DNA of 49,291 nt from Syntrophales bacterium (lineage in GTDB: Bacteria; Desulfobacterota; Syntrophia; Syntrophales; UBA4778). Every line of letters starts with the position of its first letter. The first letter of the stretch is position 1. Below, piece after piece: positions 1 to 10,151 of this stretch. The notes under the pieces were generated by a model. It searched no databases. It worked only from the letters and a program-made list of their open reading frames with translations, and was not told the origin of the DNA. The position numbers and the translations under genes were made by a program. The stretch lies in contig CAXXQE010000004.1 of assembly GCA_963665615.2 (NCBI GenBank), positions 1 through 49,291 of the forward strand, read 5' to 3'.

Positions 1-429
1 GCGTAAGAGAATCCCCAGCCGAGGCTGGTGGCGTCGGGCCCCAGCACCGGATTGACGTCTGCGGGGATCTTGTTCTTGACGGACTGGAGATATTCGAGAA
101 CGCGGCTTCGCGCCCAGTAGATGTCGGTTCCCTCCTTGAAGATAATGTAGATGAAGGAGCTGCCGAGATAGGAATAGCCGCGAACCGCCTGCACCCGCGG
201 GGCGGCAAGCAGCGTCGAGGTAATGGGGTAGGTGACCTGATCTTCGACGAGGTCGGGACTTCTGCCCGCCCACTCGGTATAGACGATTACCTGCGTGTCG
301 CTCAGATCGGGAATGGCGTCGAGCGGCGTATTTTTCAGCGCCCACAGGCCCCAGCCGATGGCAGCAGTGACGAAAAGAAAAAACGATGAAGCGGTTGCGC
401 GCGCTGAATTCGATGATTTTGCTGATCAT
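1..429 (-). CDS. cusA: CusA/CzcA family heavy-metal efflux RND permease, N-terminal part (runs off window; early frameshift)
   Basis: Manual translation gives MISKIIEFSARNRFIV, then after an indel DAIPDLSDTQVIVYTEWAGRSPDLVEDQVTYPITSTLLAAPRVQAVRGYSYLGSSFIYIIFKEGTDIYWARSRVLEYL...LGPDATSLGW, the characteristic CusA N-terminus. Confidence 0.9.
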   Translation of the reverse strand, partial: MISKIIEFSARNRFIVFSFRHCCHRLGPVGAEKYAARRHSRSERHAGNRLYRVGGQKSRPRRRSGHLPHYLDAACRPAGAGGSRLFLSRQLLHLHYLQGGNRHLLGAKPRSRISPVRQEQDPRRRQSGAGARRHQPRLGILLR

Positions 430-466
430 GAAGGTGCCTTCATTAATAAAAACCCAATGGGGCTAA

Positions 467-540
467 TGTCATCCCCGCGAAAGCGGGGATCCAGGCAGTT
501 CACAAAAAGACCTGGATGCCCGATCGGGTCGGACATGACA
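467..540. repeat. REP-like composite palindromic element
   Basis: TGTCATCCCCGCGAAAGCGGGGATCCAGG...CCTGGATGCCCGATCGGGTCGGACATGACA: complementary outer ends with two internal hairpins. Confidence 0.75.
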
Positions 541-546
541 ACAAGC

Positions 547-1729
547 TCACTTCTTCGCAGGTACTATTCCCTTCAACTGCGCCTCGGAATCGATCAGGAA
601 CGTCGCCGACGAGGCGACCTTTTCGCCGGCCTTAAGACCGCTCAGGACCGCCACCCATTTTCCGCTGCGCGCTCCAGTTTGATTGCACGCGGTTCGAAGG
701 TTCCCTCCCCCCCGATCCACATAGACGACAGAACGCGTGCCGGTCTCGATGACCGCATCCGCCGGGATGAGCAGCCTGCTGCGAGGGCAGACTGAATCTC
801 GATATTCGCGAAGGTCTGGGGTTTTAGACGATTGGCCGGATTAGGCAGGGCAAAGCGCACCTTCGCCGTTCTCGTCTCGGCCGAAAGCGTCGGATAGAGA
901 TAGGCGACCTTTGCGCTGAAAGTCTTGCCGGGGATGTCATTTACGGAAATCTGTGCAGTCGCTCCCTCACGCACATAGGGCAGATCGGCCTCGTAAATAT
1001 CCGCCGTGATCCAGACAGTGGAGAGATCGGCCAGGTCGAAGAGTCTTTCGCCTGGCAATGACCTTCGCGCCCTGTACGGTGGCCTTCTGCCGTCACATAG
1101 CCGGCGGCGGGGCTATAGAGCGTCAGCGTCCGCGAGGGCTTGCCGGTTTTCTCCAGGGGCGTCGATCTGCATCTCCGAAATATCCCAGAGCCTGAGGCGT
1201 TGGCGCGCTGCTGCCAGAAGGGATTCCGTGTCCTTCTGCAGCATCCGGCCGATTTCGGAATTGTCTCGCGATTCCGCCGCCTGCTTACGGCTGAGCGCCA
1301 GGATGTTCAGGTATTCCTGCTGTGCGGCCAGCAGTTCGGGACTGTAGATCTCTGCAACCGGTTCGTCTTTTTTAACATACCGGCCGGTGTAATCGACGTA
1401 GAGCTTTTCGATCCAGCCTTCGACCTTGACGTTGATCGTGGTCAGCTTTTTCTCGTCATATTCGACGCGGCCCGTTGCCCGGATCGTTTTGTACATCGGC
1501 TGCACGGTGGCGGCCGTTGTGCGGACGCCGATCAGTTGCTGCTTGTCAATCGGGATCTCCACGGTTGGCGGCGGTTCTTCGGTTGAGCCTGCGCCGTGCT
1601 TTTATCAGACGTCTTCGCGCCGTGAGCCCCAGCGCCATGCCCCTCATGCTGCGCGAGAGCGGACCCGTTGAACAACAGGCAGAGACCTAAAAACAGCGGC
1701 AGAACAAGAATTCGTTTCGCGCCATTCAT
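547..1729 (-). CDS. cusB: CusB-like efflux RND periplasmic adaptor subunit (split by several frameshifts)
   Basis: ORF fragments 1532-1729 (signal peptide, His-rich QHEGHGAGAHG), 1113-1562 (GWIEKLYVDYTG...YSPELLAAQQEYL), 642-1058 (LADLSTVW...YLYPTL...TRTAKVR), and C-terminal FLIDSEAQLK ending at stop 547. Confidence 0.85.
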
Positions 1730-1758
1730 TGCACCTCACTTGGTCGTGACGCATAAAA

Positions 1759-1832
1759 GGTGATCAGTAAACAGCGAAAGACGAACCGACAGTTCTTCTA
1801 TTTACTATTCACTGTTCACTATTTACTATCTG
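1759..1832. repeat. Degenerate 7-bp tandem arrays in inverted arrangement
   Basis: AGTAAAC/AGCGAAA-type units followed by ctattta ctattca ctgttca ctattta ctatctg. Confidence 0.6.
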
Positions 1833-1834
1833 AT

Positions 1835-3082
1835 TCACTCTTCCCCAACAATCGCCTTGAGTCTCGCGATCGCCTTTTCCCGCTCGACGTACTGCGCCCA
1901 ATACTGAAACTCGTAATCGAGCAGGTTCTTGGAGTTTCGTCAGGGGCGCGATGGCGTCCGATCCTCCCGTGCCGTATCCGGAAAGGGACAAATCGAAATC
2001 CTGTCTGGACTTGGGAATCAGCCCGTCGCGATACAGCGCCATGAGCTTCTCCGCCGATTGGACCATCGCGTAGTTGTCTCGCACCGCGGCCGCTGTCATG
2101 GCCGTGGTCGCATCGAGTTCATGTTTCGCCTGCCTCAGCGCGGCCCTGGCCTCCTGCAACGCCGGTTCTTGTTTCGATTTGAAGAAGAGGGGGAGATTGA
2201 CGGACGCCGTCAGGCTGTACATGTTTTCGTATTCTCCAGGACCGGGGAAAGGCGCCCGCGGTAATCGTGACATCCGGAAAGAAGTCCTTCTCGGCCAGCT
2301 TGACGCGGCTCTGGGCGCCCCCGATCATCTGTCGCTGTGAGAGGATCTCCGGCGACTGCGCCGCCGAACGCTCCAGCAGATCCGTCCAGGGACGAAGTGA
2401 ATACGGTTGAGGGGCGTTCAGCAGGCCGCCCCGGCGATCTGGACGAGGCACCGCCCAGGACTGATTGCAGCATGGCCTCGAGAGAGAGGCGCTTCTGGCG
2501 CTGCATCTCTTCCTTCTCCAGCAGCATGTACTTCTCCGTTTGCGCCATCAACACCTCCTGCTGCATGGCGCGCCCCGTCCCATAGCGGGCAACGGCGACG
2601 TCCTCTATCTTCGAGAAAAGCGCGAGTCGGTCATGGATGAGATCAATGTTCTTGTATGCGAGGAAGAGATCAAAGTAAAAGCTGGGTCACCTGCGAGACG
2701 GTCCTCGATTGAAGGGCCTTGTGCCGAGCCGTCAGATTTCCCGCTTCCCGCTCGGCCACCTCGCCCTTCAGGTTGCGCTTGCCCCCAGAAGGGCAGGGTC
2801 TGCGAGGCCGAGAACATCCACTGAGAGCCCTGCATCTCGCCGTAGGTGTAGCGTCTCAGCCCTTCGTTTTGGTAACCTGCCGAGAACATTGGATCGGGCA
2901 GGGCTCTGGGCTTGCGGAATACGGTACTGCGCGGCCTCGATGCCCGACCGCGAGGCCATCAGCTCGTAATTGCCCTTGATGGCTGCGGCAATCAGGTCTT
3001 CCAGCCGCAGGTCCTCGGCATGGGCCGCGCTGCCGATGGCAAGCAATGCAATAAGGCATGTCGCTGCGATGAATCGAGGCAT
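1835..3082 (-). CDS. TolC/CusC family outer-membrane efflux protein (frameshifted)
   Basis: Fragments 2768-3100 (signal peptide, LRLEDLIAAA), 2605-2889 (SQTLPFWG), 2210-2566 (QQEVLMAQTE) and 1809-2273 (SLTASVNLPLF...LIPKSRQDF) fit the family, as does the position in the efflux operon. Confidence 0.8.
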
Positions 3083-3196
3083 ATAAGTTCTGGGTTCCAA
3101 GTTCCGGGTTCAGTGTTAACATGAATAAAAGAGGAAGCGAAGCGATGACAGGATCCTGAACGTCTCAACTTCGTAACCTCTCAATTTCTATCTTTT

Positions 3197-3583
3197 CTAT
3201 CTCACATCGATCGTAATCTTGGTCGTCTGCGTCTTGGCCGCCCTTCGCGATTTTCACAGTCGCCGTCCAGGGCCCTGACATGGACAGATCCAGGACGGCC
3301 TTGTATTTGCCGTCTGCGGCCGTCGCCTTGGCCGTGTAATTCATGGCCGGCATGCCGGGCATTGCAGGCATTCCGTAGTCAATCGCCACCGCGGCATTCG
3401 TCACGGCATTGCCCTTCGCGTCCTTCACGGCTACTTCCAGATTGTTGTTCCCCACAAAAGGCGTCTTACCCATGTTGATTGCAACGGTGTAATCGCCGGC
3501 CTTTTTCGTGATCTCCAACCCTTTAGCGTAAACCCACCCCGTCGTCAAAAAAAGGACAAGGCAATCAGCAGTATTTTTTTCAT
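3197..3583 (-). CDS. FixH/YtkA-like periplasmic Met-rich metal-binding protein (frameshifted ends)
   Basis: GNNNLEVAVKDAKG...YGMPAMPGMPAMNY...LSMSGPW motif; start MKKIL at 3583 with an AGGAGG RBS. Confidence 0.8.
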
Positions 3584-3681
3584 TCTACGTCCCTCCTTCT
3601 GTTATTCATAAAAAAATTTCAGTTGCCCAGCAGGGCCATCGCCCGGAAAGGTTGTCCTTCTCTGGAGCAGAAACTGACGGG

Positions 3682-4303
3682 TCAGTGCTGGGTCGCCTTC
3701 CTCAGATCGATATGGCAATAGCCGTGGGGGTGCTTCTTCAAATAGTCCTGGTGGTATTCCTCTGCGAGGTAAAATTCTCCGGCATGTCGAACCTCCGTGA
3801 CGATCTTTCCGGCATACGCGCCGGATTTCGAGAGTTTTTCGATATAGGCCCTGGCGATTTTTCCTGTTCGGGCGTGGTATAGAATATCGCCGACCGGTAC
3901 TGAGTGCCGATGTCGTTGCCCTGCCGGTTGAGGCTGGTCGGGTCGTGGATGTCGAAGAAGTGTCTCAGCAGCCGCTCGTAGTCACGACGGTCGGATCGAA
4001 AACCACCCGCACGGATTCGCGCATGTCCTGTTGTTCCGGTGCATACCTGTTCGTAACTGGATTCTTCGTGGTTCCGCCCGAATAACCGGACTCGCTTTTC
4101 AGAACGCCTTTGACCCGGCTGAAATATTCCTCAACGCCCCAGAAGCAGCCGCCCGCAAAGATAGCCGTTTCCTCTTTCACGACAGGTTTCTTGTCCATGA
4201 TTTTTTCTCCTTTTACTTGACCGGCCCAGCCCATCGAAACCGGAGACACTGCGAGAAGGCCGAAAATCAGGAGTATCCATAAAGGAAGGCATCTGCTTTT
4301 CAT
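3682..4303 (-). CDS. msrA: Peptide-methionine (S)-S-oxide reductase MsrA with N-terminal signal peptide (frameshifted)
   Basis: [12 protein letters not shown] motif, [22 protein letters not shown], and C-terminal [20 protein letters not shown] read on the minus strand. Confidence 0.9.
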
Positions 4304-4384
4304 GATTTATCACCTCTTAGGGTAATATAGTGAGTAAGTCAGGATTTGGCAAATGTCGCTCGCGCCGGAATCAGCAAGAGGCAA

Positions 4385-4921
4385 TCAACTTCTCAAAACA
4401 GCCACCCCATCCGGCCACGGACCATGCCCGGAATCCACGTTGATATGGCCGACTCGTCCGGCATTGGCGAAACGGCTGCCGAGCGAAGCGGCAAGGCGTC
4501 CGGCCGCTTCGAGCGTCATGTGCGGATCGTTTTCACTCCCACGAGAATAGAGGGGAAGGGCAGGGGCGAACGCGCGGTCGACGATAAATCCGCTGGCCGC
4601 GTCCCGGACGGGCAGGGAGGTTGTCAGGTCAGGTGCCGTCACGAGAAGCGCTGCGCGGATACGCCCCGCATGGTCGGGATGCGTCTCCGCCCACTGGGCC
4701 ACCGTCAGGCATCCCAGGCTGTGGGCCACAATCAGGATGCTTCCGGGCAGCGACAGGATCGCTTGATCGAGAGTCTCCACCCATTCGTGCGCATCGGGCC
4801 GATCCCAATCGCGCTGGCGCACGCGATCGAAGCCGAAATGTTCTTCCCACAAGGTTTGCCAGTGACCGGGCCCAGAGCCGTTGAGTCCGGGCACGATCAG
4901 GCCGTGTGTTGTCATCGTCAT
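4385..4921 (-). CDS. RBBP9/YdeN family alpha/beta hydrolase
   Basis: IVPGLNGSGPGHWQ, VAHSLG nucleophile, SENDP and GHINVDSGHGPW motifs; a short compensating frameshift is likely near LPLYSRG. Confidence 0.9.
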   Translation of the reverse strand: MTMTTHGLIVPGLNGSGPGHWQTLWEEHFGFDRVRQRDWDRPDAHEWVETLDQAILSLPGSILIVAHSLGCLTVAQWAETHPDHAGRIRAALLVTAPDLTTSLPVRDAASGFIVDRAFAPALPLYSRGSENDPHMTLEAAGRLAASLGSRFANAGRVGHINVDSGHGPWPDGVAVLRS

Positions 4922-4950
4922 CTTGTTTCTCTTTCCGAGTTGCTTGCCGG

Positions 4951-6254
<1,304 letters not shown>

Positions 6255-6288
6255 GGTTTTCTCCTTTAAGTTTTTTATGACGATAAAA

Positions 6289-6332
6289 TAAAAAGGCCCG
6301 CTGCCTTTGATGAACTCTCCGGCGGCGGGCCT
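6289..6332 (-). terminator. Intrinsic terminator/attenuator in the metY leader
   Basis: Minus strand AGGCCCGCCGCC-loop-GGCAGCGGGCCT (11/12 pairs) followed by TTTT, about 35 nt upstream of the metY start. Confidence 0.75.
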
Positions 6333-6357
6333 CCTTGCAGCATGCTGTAGATCGATT

Positions 6358-6411
6358 TCAAATAGGATGTAGGTCCGCGCCGACGACGCACATGTCCATG
6401 AAGCGGCGCAT
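6358..6411 (-). CDS. Putative Met/Cys-rich leader peptide MRRFMDMCVVGADLHPI
   Basis: 17-codon ORF with clustered ATG-GAC-ATG-TGC, upstream AGGGG RBS-like sequence, and overlap with a predicted antiterminator arm. Confidence 0.6.
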   Translation of the reverse strand: MRRFMDMCVVGADLHPI

Positions 6412-6506
6412 TATTGCGACCCCTGCGGGTCTGCTTTCCCCGGTTCCGATCGGTTATTTTGATAGAAAAGTCGTTCATGAATGGTCTCAATTTAAACTCT
6501 CATTAA

Positions 6507-6549
6507 ATCTACTTTTTTAGTAGATAATACATTAAAAAAATCCTGTCAA
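6507..6549 (-). promoter_or_regulatory. Putative metY-leader promoter with palindromic operator
   Basis: TTGACA on the minus strand (6544-6549), a TATTAT/TATCTA -10 region, and the palindrome ATCTACT-N5-AGTAGAT (6507-6525). Confidence 0.55.
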
Positions 6550-6600
6550 GAAAAAATCTCAATAAAAAAGGGGATGATCGGAAGAACGACGGAAAGGCGT

Positions 6601-7044
6601 CTAAATCGAGTAATCACAGGTCCTTTTCGTGTTATGGCGCTTCTGACGTTCCAACAGGTCGGATAATTTGATCGCCTGGAGTTTCTCGATGAGCGTCTGG
6701 GTACACCTCCGTCCAGAGGTCGCGCGCGGCACAGAAGGGGGACTGCTTGCAGAGGGGACGCGTTTTCGACACAATCGACGAGGCACAGTGGGCCTTCAAG
6801 CACCTGGAGGATATCGGCGATTGAAATTGCCGAGGCCGGCTTGCCAACACGTAACCGCCGCGCGCGCCGCGGGTAGCGTGAATTAACCCCGCGGCCTTCA
6901 ACGGATTGATGAGATGCCACAGGTACTTCTCTGAGATATCCTGGCGTTCAGCGATCTGCCGCAGCATGACCGGGCCCTCACCGTCATGTTGGGCCAGTTC
7001 GATCATCAGCCGGACGCCATAACGCCCTTGGTTGAAAGTTTCAT
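6601..7044 (-). CDS. Rrf2 family (IscR/CymR-like) transcriptional regulator (frameshifted)
   Basis: MKLSTK...RYGVRLMIELA, IAERQDISEKYL, RGARGGYVL, ILQVLEGPLCLVDCVE...C...C; ends CDYSI. Confidence 0.88.
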
Positions 7045-7169
7045 GATGCTATCCAGTTGCCTCGTTCAACGAATTTTGATGTCCCATACTGTCTTGTATG
7101 GTCACTGAATAACTTTTTTGCCTGTTCAAGGAGTTATTGCTCCGGCGATTAAATAGGTCTTGGCGGAGT

Positions 7170-7364
7170 GCTGCGGTCAGGGCCTTTTTTCTATCGCAGG
7201 TCTCTCGGGCTTGTCGTTTCACGGATTTCGCTACGGGGGATGCTTTGCCCCCTCCGCCGTTCGCGAGACGCTTACGCGCTCGCGCTTCGCTTCCCCAGGC
7301 CGAAATCCGGAAACGGAACAGCGCCCTTCCGCCATGTCGAGAGAAAAAAGGTCCAAACCGCAGC
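7170..7364. repeat. 195-bp element with terminal inverted repeats and nested hairpins (MITE/REP-like)
   Basis: 7170-7196 versus the reverse complement of 7338-7364 match 23/27; inner arms CGTTTCACGGATTTCG / CGAAATCCGGAAACG. Confidence 0.6.
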
Positions 7365-7443
7365 TAGTGTTGGCGTTGGATCTATTAATCGCCAGAGCAA
7401 TAACAACGTCCCAGTACTCGTTCCGAGGCGGGGTGCGACTCGA

Positions 7444-7887
7444 TCAAATTTCCTTTATCTGTTTTTCCAAAGCGACCAGTCAGGCCTTCTGGGCTTCGAT
7501 GAGTTTCTTGAACTTCAATACGACCTTGTCGATATTCCGGTTTTTGATGGCCTTGAGCAGATCCCCCTCAAGCTCGCAACATCGATTCGTTGTAGTAATC
7601 CATCGTTTCTTTGAGGTGTGCCAGGGACAATCTTCCCGGTCAGAATCGGGTGATTGTTCGTCACATTGGCGTCTTCATTACCGCGTCCCGTGCTCAAGTT
7701 CAACTTCCAGGCCCTGCTGGAAGTCCTCAAGCGGAATATCCATGCCTTTTGTATTCACGATGCCCAGGATCTTTGAGGCCTCTTCGGGCGCGACAGTGGG
7801 GTCCGATAACGTCGACCAATCTCTCATGCCCAGTTCATCGCACACCCTGCGCACTTCTTCAGCGGTTACATATTCCGGTATGTTCAT
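7444..7887 (-). CDS. Conserved hypothetical protein, DUF5661-like (frameshifted)
   Basis: FQQGLEVELEHG...DANVTNNHPILTGKIV(LAHL) motif across ORFs 7678-7887 and 7515-7730; AGGAGAG RBS. Confidence 0.65.
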
Positions 7888-8412
7888 ATTCTCTCCTTAC
7901 GGCATCATGTGCTTGTTATGCGCATAAGCGCTGTATCCTCTTGGCGGATCAGCGCAGCGTCCTGGTTTTTTTCTAATATAAAAATATCTAAAGTGCGACC
8001 CCTATCTCCCTTATACTTGCTTTCCTGCTGGTTAAGGAATTGAAGGGCTTTAGCCTTGATTTCGAGAGTAAAGTTGAAATGCTTACAGCGTTTTCTATCT
8101 TCCCCTTAAGAAATTGGAGAGATGCCTCTGCTCGACAAATCTGCTCCTGACTGCTTATGTAGCACAAACTGTCAAGACTGTAGGCCTGCACCTTGGCTTT
8201 TGGCGGATCGTTCTTTTAAAGATGGTGGCTTAACTCTCCCTGCAAATTTAATTAAGAAGTAATAATAATTGTAGCCTTGGCGATCCGTCGGCTTTTTTTC
8301 ATGAGAGAAACATAATATATGTCAATATTTTTAACGTTACTCCTTTTTGTACCTATCTGGTTATATTGTTATGATAATCGATCAGACTTTTGTGTGACTG
8401 AATTAAAATTGA

Positions 8413-8507
8413 TGTTAATATTTTTTACAACTTCATATCCGCCGAGTGCAAGAATTAAATATATTCTTAAGTGATTCGCCAGGTTATCTAATTGGCATAA
8501 CAAGTGC
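8413..8507 (+). promoter_or_regulatory. Sigma54 -24/-12 promoter with upstream TGT-N11-ACA enhancer-like site
   Basis: TGGCATAACAAGTGC at 8493-8507 has correct GG/GC spacing; TGTTAATATTTTTTACA at 8413-8429. Confidence 0.6.
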
Positions 8508-8603
8508 GAAAGCTCCAATATTGATAATGTACGCTGTTCTCAAGAGGACTGAGCATCACTCAGAAGGTGAATGCTCGGAGAATACACGACGGGGAGGTTC
8601 TGG

Positions 8604-9237
8604 ATGAAGACGTATTTTAGTAGGAAGATGGCATTAATAACTTTTGGGATGTGCCTTTTGGGGTTTGTCATGATGTTTTTTTATGTAGTGAATAATGCAG
8701 AGGCAAGTTCATATGAAATATCGGGCAGCATCACACCCACCGAGAACCTTTCCAATGTCTGGTACATCGGAAGGTATGCAAACGATGAGAAGTTTTACAT
8801 CTATCTTGGCTCTTTTGAGGTGAATAAGACAACGACTTACTCTTTTTCAATCAATAGTGATTCTGCTCCCGCAAAGTATATGCTTGCAGGCATTTATACG
8901 GATGATGATCACACAGGCGTGACGATCGGGAGTAACGAAATATTGGCCGGAGAGTCGTGGTATGACATTGTGCAGAGTTACTCGGGGGTCGACGAAGATA
9001 CAGCGATCTACGTGCTTACCCAATGACCTCCTTGCAGATCCCGAATATCAGCATAAACACATTTTTCGTTATCTTGGTGAGCAGTATGGCGTTCAAGTCG
9101 CGCTCTGGAACTTTTCGGATGCTTCTTCAGGCGGTAGCGCCATCTCAAATGTCACGTGTGTTTTCTGAGCCCACTGCCATGCTTCTTATTGGTTTTGGCT
9201 TGACAGGATTGCTGGACTTCGGAGAAAGATAAAGTAA
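8604..9237 (+). CDS. PEP-CTERM sorting-domain exported protein (frameshifted)
   Basis: GGGGAGG RBS, signal peptide ending NAEA, and a C-terminus that reads (V)SEPTAMLLIGFGLTG..AGLRRKIK after restoring frame: a PEP-like motif, TM helix and basic tail. Confidence 0.7.
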
Positions 9238-9261
9238 TAACCCCAAACAAATTGTTTGAGG

Positions 9262-9293
9262 GAAAGGCAGGGGCAAATGATCCTGCCTTTTTT
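9262..9293 (+). terminator. Intrinsic terminator after the PEP-CTERM gene
   Basis: AAAGGCAGGGGC-AAAT-GATCCTGCCTTT followed by a T run. Confidence 0.7.
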
Positions 9294-9321
9294 CTCGAAT
9301 ACTGAATAGTCATAAAAAATA

Positions 9322-9358
9322 AGATCACCACGCCGCCTGCAAGGCGGCTCGTGATGAC
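9322..9358. repeat. Half copy of the GTCATTGCGAG/CTCGCAATGAC palindromic repeat family
   Basis: GATCACCACGCCGCCTGCAAGGCGGCTCGTGATGAC closely resembles GATTGCCACGTCGCCTGAGAGGCGGCTCGCAATGAC at 18954-18989. Confidence 0.7.
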
Positions 9359-9462
9359 TGATGCCATGACTTATTACGAGCCGTTAACTTGTCCTTCATC
9401 ATTTATGACTTGTTTGTTACCCGCTATTTGCCACAGCGGCGTCAGTCACCGTTCACTGTTTA

Positions 9463-9727
9463 CTACTCTTTGAGCAGCTTCTTCCACTCTCCAATTCGAT
9501 AAGAGCATCAAGCGGTGTTATGTTGAGGACGTCGAGATCCTGCAGGTCGCGCAGGATCATTTCGTCCGGGGCGGCGAAGAGCTGGAGCTAGCCGGTTTCT
9601 TCGGGGGCTGCGCCCTACCTCGTCGAGCAGGGCCATGCTCCTGCGGGTGGTGTGGCTCAGGAAGTCGGCGACCTCGGTCATCTCGACCATGAAGGTTCTC
9701 TGGCGCGCGAGGCAGTCGGGTGCGCCA
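9463..9727 (-). pseudogene. Decayed duplicate of the mutS 3' end with an internal deletion
   Basis: Aligns by eye to mutS 13585-13732 ([13 protein letters not shown]...IGEWKKLLK) joined to 14089-14211 ([17 protein letters not shown]). Confidence 0.9.
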
Positions 9728-9873
9728 TCAGAGCTGATTGCCGGGTGGATTTCTTTGGCATGGCTGATTCGGTCGAGGTCTTTTTTTCACAGCTTCTCGA
9801 TCTGCTTAAGGTGGTACCCCCTTTTCCTTTCTTTGACACAAGAATTGATACGTTACCCGCAAATCAATAACGC

Positions 9874-9902
9874 TTGACATTCATGAACCCTGTTCTTAAG
9901 AT
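9874..9902 (+). promoter_or_regulatory. Near-consensus sigma70 promoter
   Basis: TTGACA (9874-9879), 17-bp spacer, TAAGAT (9897-9902). Confidence 0.7.
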
Positions 9903-9938
9903 TTTCTACGCGAAAACTTCAGAAAGGAGGAATCCGTC

Positions 9939-10001
9939 GTGAAGATCAAAAAAGTGAAAAGAGCAGTGAGAGGTCTATGCAAGTGCAAGAAGTCATGCTG
10001 A
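9939..10001 (+). CDS. Small Lys/Cys-rich peptide MKIKKVKRAVRGLCKCKKSC (20 aa)
   Basis: AGGAGG RBS (9925-9930) 8 nt before GTG, with a promoter upstream and a terminator downstream; below the ORF-track length cutoff. Confidence 0.7.
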   Translation: MKIKKVKRAVRGLCKCKKSC

Positions 10002-10020
10002 GAGGCAACCGTTCCATGCG

Positions 10021-10060
10021 AGAAAAGTCGACAGGATAATCTGCCGGCTTTTCTTTTTTG
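10021..10060 (+). terminator. Intrinsic terminator after the small peptide gene
   Basis: AGAAAAGTCGACAG-GATAAT-CTGCCGGCTTTTCT followed by TTTTT. Confidence 0.7.
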
Positions 10061-10151
10061 GGGCAACAGTACGCTGCAGCCCTCAACAGACATCCGTCAT
10101 AGTTGCGTTGAAAACCATTCCTAATTCCCCTTAATCTTCTATGGGTGAACG

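Noticed and set aside
6275..6490. 71-aa ORF or SAM/T-box riboswitch upstream of metY
   Set aside because: The ORF runs through the terminator and looks non-coding. No S-box or T-box consensus is visible, and the short Met/Cys ORF in another frame explains the region better.
7988..8300. Short ORF 7988-8191 in an AT-rich spacer
   Set aside because: No RBS or recognisable motif; may be a decayed fragment but cannot be supported.
9730..9870. Possible gene relic on the minus strand ([26 protein letters not shown]) next to the mutS duplicate
   Set aside because: Too short and interrupted to assign; I cannot call it an integrase or transposase fragment.
9999..10050. Selenocysteine read-through of the peptide TGA
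   Set aside because: No convincing SECIS-like hairpin at the expected distance; the downstream stem looks like a terminator. Not fully excluded without homologues.
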